A DNA stretch of 64,000 nucleotides, from contig OX597816.1 in assembly GCA_951406725.2 (NCBI GenBank), forward strand, positions 122,822,001 to 122,886,000, given 5' to 3'. Origin of the DNA: Octopus vulgaris (taxonomy: Eukaryota). The translations under genes and the position numbers were made by a program. Positions 54,200 to 64,000 of this stretch are shown here, one piece after another. The notes below the pieces were generated by a model that made no database searches, was not told the origin of the DNA, and saw nothing but the letters and a program-made list of their open reading frames with translations. The first letter of the stretch is position 1. Each line of letters starts with the position of its first letter.

Positions 54200-54750
54200 T
54201 CGTAGTCATGGCTGTTGCCAATGTCATGTGATCAGCACCTGTGAAATCATAATTATGGTCATTGCTGATAGCATGATCTTTGAATGTTGGGTTTAACAGA
54301 AGTGATGGCAAGTGATCGAGACATTTGGCAATATGTTATGCTTGAGAAGACTTGTCAAGCGAAGTGAAATCATAGTTGTGGCTATTGCTAGTGTCATATA
54401 AATGGCACTTGTGCTGGTGGCACATAAAAGTACCGATTACACTCTTAGAGTAGTTGGTGTTAGGAAGGGCATCCAGGTATAAAAGCCCTGTTAAATCAGA
54501 CTGGAACATGCCAGCATGGAAAGTGAAAGTTAAATATTGATGATGATGATGATGATACACACACATATGTGGACGATTTGACTGAGGTCTGGCAAACCAG
54601 ATGGCTGCACCAGACTCCAATCTGATCTGGTAGAGTTTCTACAGCTGGATGCCCTTCCTAATGCCAACCACTCCAAGAGTGTAGTGAGTGCTTTTATGTG
54701 CCACTAGCACAAGGGCCAATCAAGCGGTACTGGCAACAGCCACACTCAAA

Positions 54751-54752
<2 letters not shown>
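54200..54752. mobile_element. Two adjacent RTE 3' UTR fragments in opposite orientation (about 54200-54555 plus, about 54570-54752 minus)
   Basis: Homology to 43225-43578 and 40255-40468. Confidence 0.75.
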
Positions 54753-54804
<52 letters not shown>

Positions 54805-55173
54805 TTACATATACACAAATGTATATATTCATGAGTTTTGTTTGTGTGCTTTATAACTCAGGAAGTCACTATAAAACAAAACAACAACAATACAGACTAA
54901 TAACATAAAATTAACAGATCATGATTACAACTATGAAATTGGAACAAAGTTTGTACCTAAATTGAAAGATCGATATTTGATGCATTCTCATCTTTCCTAT
55001 CATTTTTTATGCATAATTTTAACTTATATATGAGACATTTCTTGATCCCTATGATCCCTATGGCTATGATAATTTTGCATATACTAGAAATTTAACATCA
55101 CACAAATCTTATACTTAAATGCATAGTGAACCCTATTATATCTCCAGCATTAGAAGCTGTAGAAAGACAATAA

Positions 55174-55214
<41 letters not shown>

Positions 55215-55215
<1 letters not shown>

Positions 55216-55717
55216 GCTTCTGATCTTAACTGATTGTTTTGTCTTGGTATAAAAGATGGGCTACAGCAAATATTCTGCTCAATACCACAGATTTGCTTGT
55301 CAGTTGTTTGACCTTAACCAGTTGAACATGTCCCTTAGTGGCTGACAATATGTGCATCTCTGATCACGAGCAGAAGTAGTGGGGGAGCATCATAGCCATG
55401 TGTTGAAAGGAATTCTTAGAGGTTTGGATAATTCACCTTTGGAAACATGGGTGTTTCGTTCAACATCCTTAAACAATCCTCATTGAGGGACCTTTTGGGC
55501 GGGATGGGCTACTCAACCAGAAGAAAATTCTAACTGGGCCACACCTGCAAGGTCATGCGCTGTTTATCTTGATATGAGATCACCATGTCACGCACATATG
55601 GTTGTGATGCATGTGCCTGGTGTACCCTTATCAGACAGGTAGTCATGATGGGTATACTGGGCTTCGTATGTTTTACCCCAGCATCACTTTAATGGCATGC
55701 ACTGCTCTCTCGCTCAA
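55215..55717 (+). mobile_element. About 500-bp 3' region of an unclassified (TAA)n-associated retroelement
   Basis: Bounded on both sides by (TAA)n. Its last 40 or so bases recur at 45040-45080, also followed by (TAA)n. Confidence 0.65.
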
Positions 55718-55759
55718 TAATAATAATAAATAGAGTTATAAATAATAAATAGATAAGGA

Positions 55760-56160
55760 AAAGTGAAGTTGCATACTTATCGACCCATCATTCCCATTTG
55801 GTTCCAGGATTGCAAAGAAAGTGGAAGAAAACAAACCCCTAAAATTTGAAATAGGAAAAATTTGGAGCATGTGAACAGTAAAGGTCATGCCTATAATAAT
55901 TAGTGTGCTGGGAATAGCAAGCCAAGATATAGACAAATGGCTGGGGGGGAGATTGAAACAGAATGCCTGGTAGAGCTCCTCCAGAAAGTGTGTTTTTGGG
56001 GGGACTGCAAGGATTATGAGGAGGGTTCTAAGCACTTGAAAGACTGCTGAAAACTTGTGGATATTTAAGGTTACTGGTAGTAAGATGCTATCCACATAAT
56101 TCCTACCAGGAATAAGACTGAATCTGAGACAAACCAAAATGATAATAAATATAATAAGAA
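55760..56160 (+). mobile_element. Old R4/Dong-like RLE C-terminal fragment
   Basis: LKFEIGKIWSM*TVKVMPIIISVLGI..., then ELLQKVC..GTARIMRRVL, aligning with the end of the 14170-15291 ORF. Confidence 0.7.
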
Positions 56161-57929
56161 TAAGAATATACATTGCTAAATGTATTGCCTTTCTAAGTGG
56201 CAGGAGGGAGATGAGGCATGACATAGGTAACTGAGGAAAAGAATGGAAAATAGAAAGAATATAAATATTAATAATAACAATAACCTCATTATGGGTAATA
56301 TTTTTATTATTTATATTATTTTTCTACTTATGTATTTTTACCTTTATTATTACTGAGGCCAGCATGAAAGAAACAGATTTGATTGAGATAAATGAATACC
56401 CTCCAGAAATTAAATCTGTTTAAAATAAGATATTCAAAATCTCATTAATTTTCCTTTTGTTATAAATAACAGATCCCTAAATTTAGAAACCAACATTGTC
56501 ACAAGCTAAAGAGGTAACATTTGCATAGCTATTCAGTATGGTAGAACTATAAATAAAATCTTGCTAAAACTCAAATTCTATCAAGAAGAACAAATTGGAT
56601 AATCCTAGATACACTAACCCTGAACAATAAATAAGACAAAACTCATAGATAGAGAACATTTTTAATCATAGCTATGAATGATTGATTATAGCTGGTTTGG
56701 GGTTCAGTAAGCAATACTTTCAGGAATTTAGAAACCATTTTTTCTGATGAAGTGAATTCAATTCCTTTCTCTAATTATGCACTAATTTAATAGATGAAAA
56801 CATACTCTATTAGAGTTCTAGTAAATGAAATGAATGGTTTTAGTATAAGGTACATAGAATAACAATTGAAATTCTAGATACATTATTGATAGCCTGATAA
56901 ACATTCTCATAAGAAGAGCAAATGTTTCCAATTTTGATACACGTTGATATTTTTAGAAATCATACTCTGGAAAATATCTAAATAATCTGTTAATGGAAGT
57001 AATCTAGAACATAGGCTACTATTTAGATACATTTACAAGGATTTATTACCAAAATTCCAATGACAGCATTTCAGATAAAGATAAATTAACAACAGTGAAA
57101 TCATTTTTACTTTCATTATGGAAGCATAAACACGCACATAATTTTATGTTCTTTTCTAATCATTAAATCTCAGAAATGACAGCTGAAGGCTTATGATTGA
57201 AAAAACATACATGAATTTTAATAGTAGTCAAAAGCTATGTGGTGCTTTGCAGTCTAGGGTTAAGTTTTAACAAACGGTTTCTTTCCATTCGTTCTGTATG
57301 CAATAGAATATATAACTTCAATAAAGTTATGTAAAGTTAAACTTCAACATTATGCCGTTTTTATTGGCAGAGTATCATAAAGTATAATTTGTGCATTTGT
57401 TCTGGCTCATTATGCTCAGAGTTCAAATCTTGCTGAGGTTAACTTCACTTTTCACTTCCATGAAGTTGATAAAAGAAAGTACCAGTTCAGATCTGGAAGG
57501 TCAATGTAATTGGCTAAAGCCCTCCACTTAAATCTGCTGACCTTGTTGCTATTTTCCAGTAGTCTTGTTTTTAGTGTATACTTTCATTGTGGTACAAAAC
57601 ACAACTCTGAGTAGCTTGGACACACTGTTTTCTATTGGCTTTTCTACTATATTAAGTTTACTCAGTATAATATATGCCCAGTGCCTACCAGTGCTATTTC
57701 TCCATGTTATGCATATTTCCATGTCCTGACTATGATTTTGGCTGTATGTCTTTTAAACATTTCCAAAGTGCCTATTACAGTTTTCAGTCACCACATCCTG
57801 TTTATCTTTATTTGGAGATATGTAAATTTGAATAATATCTCCATTTACTTAAAAGATATATCATTATCTTTTAGGATCAATAGTTCAATTAAGGAGCATG
57901 TCCTTTCTTGTCAGTTCTTTGACAACAGT

Positions 57930-58254
57930 TGCAGTGTGGAAGGTGTTTATACGCCATTTAAAAAACACACAAAAACTGTGAGATTCACTTCAACATTTAA
58001 ATTTAATTTGCCAAAATATTTTCATAGCCTAGAGACTGCGACCTGTTCACTGACAAAATGCAGCATGGAATTTTGTCAGTGAACAGGTCGCGGTTTAAAA
58101 GCAACAAAAATATTTTGGCAAATAAAATTTAAATGTTGAAGTGAATCTAACGGCTTTTGTGTGTTACTTAAGTGGTTTATAGACACCTTCCACACTGCAG
58201 TTGTTTTCGTTCCAGCACACGATCTCAGATCTGGTCACTTGCTATGCAAGTACA
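57930..58254. mobile_element. Asymmetric fold-back element with 14-bp flanking direct repeat
   Basis: About 135-bp arms (57924-58060 and 58070-58205) surround a ~10-nt spacer, with an unpaired tail to 58254. TCTTTGACAACAGT lies at 57916-57929 and 58255-58268. Confidence 0.85.
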
Positions 58255-58386
58255 TCTTTGACAACAGTATATGGGCAATTAGCACTCAAAATTCTTTTCT
58301 GTGTCTATTGATATGTCCCAGAATATGATAAGCTTGTCATTTTCTGAGACTATTTTAGTGTATATTTACATCATCTTTAATTACTC

Positions 58387-58426
<40 letters not shown>

Positions 58427-58428
<2 letters not shown>

Positions 58429-59172
58429 GTTTGACTTTTGCTTTGTATTTGTACACGTTGGCTCCAAGTCTGACCCAGAGACCTCAAGAGACAACAAGTT
58501 AGAAGTTCCAGTTGGTGTTATGCCTAGGGTGTCATATATTTGGTTTTGCACATAGTATTGTTATTGAGAATGTTTAAGAACACATAAGAAAATTATGAGT
58601 TTGTTTTAAAATTTGAGATTACATAGACAGTATATTACGTAGGATATGGGCAGTTCTCATGAGCACTATCTTTTGAATTTCTGCCATTTTGGATTTTCCT
58701 GATATCTGAGCGAGGTAGCAATTAGCTTCTTTTGCTATCATTCCTAGGGCACCTATGACAACAGGTATTGTTTTAGTCTTGAGATTCCACATTTTGCCAA
58801 TTTCTATTTCAAGATCATCATCATCTTCATCGATTAACATCCGTTTTCCTAACATCAACCACTCTGAGAATGTAGTGGGTGCTTTTTATGTATCACCAGC
58901 ACAGGAACCAGTAAGGTGAGCCTAGCAATGATCACGTTCAGATGATGCTTTTTATGTGCCACTGGCACAGGAGCCAGTAAGGCAGTCCTGGCAACGATCA
59001 CGTTTGGATGGTGCTTTCTACGTGCCACTGGCACAGGAGCCAATCAGGGGGTATTGGCTTCGGTCATGATTGGTTGGTGCTTTTTACATGCCACTAGCAC
59101 CAGAGCCAGTAAGGAGGGCCTGGCAACAAACACATTCAGATGGTACTTTTTATGTGCCACCAAAGATCTTTA
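58427..59172 (-). mobile_element. 5'-truncated R4/Dong-type fragment (RLE C-terminus and 3' UTR) with a nested RTE-UTR insertion at 58817-59162
   Basis: DLEIEIGKMWNLKTKTIPVVIGALGMI..EIQKIVL..TAHILRNILSM. (TTA)n lies on both sides, and AAGATC is duplicated around the nested insert. Confidence 0.88.
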
Positions 59173-59239
59173 TTATTATTATTATTATTATTATTATTTT
59201 ACACTAATGTGGCAGGCAACAAGTTCTTAAAGAACTGAA

Positions 59240-59625
59240 TCTCTTTTACTCTTTTACTTGTTTCAGTCATTTCACTGCGGTCATGCTGGAGCACTGCCTT
59301 TAGTCAAAGAAATCGACCCCAGGACTTATTCTTTGTAAGCCTAGTACTTATTCTATTGGTCTCTTTTGCTGAACTGCTAAGTGACGGGGATGCAAACAAA
59401 CCAGCATCAGTTGTCAAGCAATGTTGGGGAACAAACACACACACACATATACATGCATACATATATATACAATGGGCATCTTTCAGTTTCCGTCTACCAA
59501 ATCCACTCACAAGGCTTTGGTCAGCCCGAAGATATAGCAGTAGACACTTGCCCAAGGTGCCATGCAGTGGGACTGAACCCGGAGCCATGTGGTTGGTAAG
59601 CAAGCTACTTACCACACAGCCACTC
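59240..59625 (-). mobile_element. tRNA-derived SINE (same family as 33429)
   Basis: Reverse-complement homology along its full length. Confidence 0.88.
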
Positions 59626-59996
59626 AATTGTGATTCACTCTCTAAGTGGAACCCTTTGTTTTGTGATTAATAATTTTGGGAAAGGAAATGAACATCACAG
59701 CATTGAAAAACCTCTACTTTCTTGGATGATCACAGCTTGGTGATGTTCAGTTCAATGAACTATTGTCGATCTGAATGTGGCTAGTTCATTTTAGGATATT
59801 GCAGGTACTAGAAAGGGGTACTTATCATAGCTGGTCTAGATGAAAAGGCAACATTAAATTCATTATTTTCTAATGGGCGTTTTTCTTGCAATTTGGATGT
59901 CTTTGTTACTTAGTTTTTCTTCATAATACACCATTTAGCGCTAACATCATGTTGGTCCTGCTTTAAATATCTGAAGCATTATAATATATTAACACA

Positions 59997-60034
<38 letters not shown>

Positions 60035-62499
60035 AACTACCGCCACCACCACCACCACCGCCACCACTACTATTACTACTACTACTACTACTGTTGACTC
60101 ATATTTCACTTATATGCTCATATCTTGCTAGAAGCAATGTGAAAATTCTACTTAGAACTATACAAAGCACTCCTTCCTTCTATCAAGAAATGAAGCATAA
60201 CTTTGTCTACTGAATAATGCAGCCCTGAAGCCAATTAACAAGTATGGATAATCTGTATCGAGACATACAGTCTTGTTATTCTCTTGATCACACTTATAGA
60301 AACAAATAGTGTATTAAGATAGCTAAACAATCTTGAATTTCTTTAAACACCTGTTCAGGCTTTTGTCTTAGAGGTACACTGACTTATTGGCTAGACTGAT
60401 GAAAGTCTGTTGTTGCATGAAAAAGTAAAGATTTTTTTTTTTTTTTTTATTTTTAGCCAAAACATCCAGAAATATAAAAATGTTAATGAATGAGATGTAG
60501 AACAAGAAATATGTTTGGAGTATTTATGTTTCACTGCATTTTGACTTTGTTCCAAGCAATTACAGGAGACTACATTTCCGCGTTGCTTGTCATTTATTTT
60601 CAGATCTATAATCTTATAACTGTATCTTAGCAAATGATCATAATTTCCGATTTCATCATTTTATCGAATACTTTCCTTCCTGTGCTTTCCTACCTGATGC
60701 AAATTACATTATTTGCAATCCTAATTACATTCTCTTCCAGCATTTTACTTTCTCTACAAATTGACTATTAGCAACAGTTAGCAACTTTAGAATAACAGAT
60801 ATTTGATGTTTAAAGTCAACACTCAGTCAGCAGAAATAAAATAAAAATTTAAAAAAATAATAAAATTATGGAATAAATATGTTACAGCAAACCATATACT
60901 ACTCAGAGCCAAAATTATAAAGCACGCTGAAAATAAGAAAAATAGGTAAAGAGAAAAATATTAGAATAATAGCTGGACATTTGACAAAAGTAGTTAAAAC
61001 ATATTTTAACTACTTTGCTGTGAATAAGCTTTCACAATGAAATGAAATATTTTTTTAAATGTCATTACTTTGTCATGTTATACTTTCTTATTTTTGACAT
61101 AACTTATTATGTATTTTCTTGGGTGTCTTTAGCATTGGTGACAGAAGATGGATTTCTCAAGTGGAACACTAATATGATGAACTGCTTTGGCCATGTTTTT
61201 CATTATTTATTCTTTGGTAGGGTTACTTTTCTTTTATTGATGACTTTGTTGTCACTTTACTGTTTCAGAGAATTTCTGCTAAGTTCAAAACAGAAATATT
61301 TCATGGCAAGGACTGCTTTTTTACAAAGTGAATTGTCTTCTGTAAGAATTTAGGGCTGACAAACTATTAAAATATAGACTTGTTTAATTGAAACAAAACC
61401 TCTGTTTTTTTCAGTTGATAAAAAGAATACTGCTAGTCTTCAGGTTCAAATGTTTGACAATCATACTATCAAGCAGATTTGTATAAAAACATTAATATGT
61501 GAACACAGAGGGAATCAGTATAAATGTTTCTCTTGAAATCATAGCTAAATATATGTGTGCCTGCATAAGAGTATTAGTTATATGTTTTGAGATTAAAGTA
61601 TACAATATTTACTAGTCTCACTTGTGATGTCGATACTAGATTTTCTGAATAGAAACAGACAGGTTAAATAGATCATTGTCATAACATATATTGGAGAGAA
61701 TTCTCTGAGATATTTTTTCTGTTTTTTTTTTTTCTGCTCTGAGTTCAAATCCTGCTGAGATCAACTTGTCTTTTTATACTTTGAAGTTAAATAAAATACA
61801 AGCCCAGTCCTGATGCAATCCTCTCTCCTGCCAACCTTTACCTTCTGTATTTTCCACTTCGTCAAGAACAGAGTGAGGGTGCTGAGAAGATACCTATGTC
61901 TGCTCATAACTGCAGAGTTATCTAAAGTGATTAGAGGGAGACTTAATCTCAATTTTGAACAGTAGCTGTAGCTTTTCTTTTGTTCAGTATGATTATTATT
62001 ATTTTTTTTTTTGAAACTGCACATATATAACTCCACATATAATGTTGAAGTCATTAGTGGGCAATGGGTCATTATTGTGACAGAGGAAGGCTGTTGCTTT
62101 TAAGCAACTTTATATTCATAAAGATTAGGAGTTTAGTGAAAACGGCATTTGTGTTTATTGAAATAATTTGCTTATGAATGAATGAAAGACAGATGCTTTA
62201 TTCATTAGACCAATGTCTCTTGTTCTGAGTTCAAACTGCATTAATATTGATATTAAATACCAATCTCCTGGATCTAAAAATTGATGCAATCCATCCTGTA
62301 TGTATACTGATCTTGTGATTTAATAAATTAAAGCATTCAAAGGACTTATGCTGCACTCAAGATGGTATCAAGCTACACTACCTCTTCTTTCTTCAGAAAG
62401 AAGTGCTAGTGGTTTCAAATGACATGAGATAAAATCATATTTTCCATTGTTTTGTATTATGTCAAGTCAACTTCATTTTGTCGATAGCATTTACTGTCT

Positions 62500-62795
62500 T
62501 GTAGCCCTTTTCAAGCCTAGCCAGGCTCAAGGGCCCGGTTTCCCAGTTTCTGTGGCATATGTGTTCCTCCCAGCTGGACGGGATGCCAGTCCATCGCAGC
62601 ATTACTCAAGAAACAGGAAGAGAGGGTGAGAGAAAGTTGTGGCAAAAGAGTATAACAGGGGTCACCACCATCCCCTGCCAGAGCCTTGTGGAGCTTTTAG
62701 GTGTTTTCACTCAATAAACACACACAACACCCATCTGGGAATTGAAGCCATGATCCTCCGACCACGAGTCTGCTGCCCTAACCACTGGGCCATTG
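62500..62795 (-). mobile_element. tRNA-derived SINE with V-domain-like sequence
   Basis: Minus strand has an A box TGGCCCAGTGG, a B-box-like region and ctgcgatggactggcatcccgtccag, resembling the V-SINE domain. Confidence 0.7.
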
Positions 62796-64000
62796 TGTCT
62801 CCAGCATTTACTGTAATGTTCACATAAACATATTTCTTTTATGTGATAACCAAAGTTTATATGCATAGTGCTTAGTGTTATTGGTATATTTCATATCTGT
62901 TCTTATGTAATCTTTTCCCCTTTGACCTTTTCATATATATTATTTCTTTGCTGATTTTCATGATCTATTCACTTATTATTTACTTAATGAGATAAAGAGT
63001 GATATTTAACTACATTTCCCACATACATTTACCAAATTAAACATTTTAATAGTGTCAGAAATAAAATTTTTGTTTACTGATGTTTTAGAGAAATTTCTGT
63101 TATGTAAACAGATCAATCTGCATGTGAATATAAATATTTAATATTCTCTTAAAATAATATTTAGGTTAATATTACAAATGAAAGCATGTGAGCCTAACAA
63201 GAGTAAAATAATCCTGATTTTTCACAATTTTAGTCTCATTCAAATTTGATTAAGCCAAAATGAATATTACTCCTTAGTCTTGTTTGTTCACAAGTTTATT
63301 GTATAATTTTTGAAGAGCCATTCTACCTTTTTACCTTTAAGTATTACATTGATAAATGCTTCATCATAGTATCTATAAATGTCTTCTATAAATGCCTCAG
63401 GAAAGAAGAAATTAATTTAAAATATAAAGGATGTAGAAAGTAAAGTATTCGACTACATGCATAAAGATTGATATTATCTGAATAAAGTATACATGTTATT
63501 AGGTTGGTTTATTAACATTAACTCTGTATGTAAAAGACAGCAAGGTAATAGAATTGTTACCATTCTTAACAAAATACTTAGCAGCATTTCTTCTAACTTT
63601 ACATTCAGAGTTCAAATGCCACAAGGTTGACTTTGCTTTTCATCTTTTTGGGATCGATAAAATAAGCACTAGTTGATGTAATCAACTTGGCCCTTCCCAT
63701 GAAATTGCTAGCCTTGTACTAAAACCTAAAACCACTACTCACTTAATTACATTTTTACTCCTTGTTTGCATATTTATCTACCACCATTGTACTCTAGCAT
63801 GCTGCAAGTTTTAGGACTAGGGTTGATGTTAACCTAGATGATAAGTTACAAATCACTTTTGTTTTGCATGGTGTCACTGAACTAAATTAAGAACTATTGC
63901 ATTCTAATTTATAACAATGAAAAACGATTTTCAGCAAGCTAATGTTCAGAGATACCTCTACACTCCCATAATCAATTAAGAGATTTTGCAGACATATTTG

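Noticed and set aside
55736-58082. 162-aa (55736-56224 minus) and 133-aa (57681-58082 plus) ORFs as host genes
   Set aside because: The first is antisense to a Dong fragment and the second runs into a fold-back repeat. Neither has recognisable domains.
58875-59160. Regularly spaced repeats that superficially resemble a CRISPR array
   Set aside because: The spacers are homologous to each other, the unit belongs to the RTE 3' UTR, the context is eukaryotic and there are no cas genes.
60986-61017. Short hairpin caaaagtagttaaaa-cata-ttttaactactttg
   Set aside because: Short AT-rich inverted repeat expected by chance or local fold-back repair. A bacterial terminator interpretation does not apply.
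61761-62072. Minus-strand ORF with an AAG|GTAAAG donor-like site near 61841
   Set aside because: No polypyrimidine acceptor and no recognisable protein, so there is insufficient support for an exon.

Overview
AT-rich, microsatellite-dense eukaryotic DNA, most consistent with an octopus or other coleoid cephalopod genome (inferred from the SINE/LINE repertoire, not confirmed by a database search). No intact host protein-coding exon is recognisable, and most ORF-track entries are microsatellite or SINE artefacts. Identifiable content is decayed transposable elements: an R4/Dong-type non-LTR retrotransposon (12.3-15.4 kb, plus 3' fragments) sitting in (TAA)n; an RTE LINE with a PHD finger (48.7-52.0 kb, plus many 3' fragments) associated with (TA)n; a Gypsy remnant with one LTR; a CR1/L2-like fragment; a full-length mariner fossil; a DD37D/maT fragment; a non-autonomous Helitron; and several tRNA-derived SINE families. 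The most interesting signals are (1) lopsided fold-back elements with variable-length target duplications and minimal hammerhead-ribozyme cores (Penelope/retrozyme-like, one with a tRNA-like centre); (2) a consensus AG|GTAAGT recursive-splice-site candidate at 47020 with an 84-nt stop-containing RS-exon; (3) a visible CpG-rich to CpG-poor transition near 23.5 kb, just downstream of duplicated RFX-like motifs, suggesting the rest of the window is a large methylated intron; and (4) a possible fossil coding region at 15.7-16.9 kb broken by insertions.
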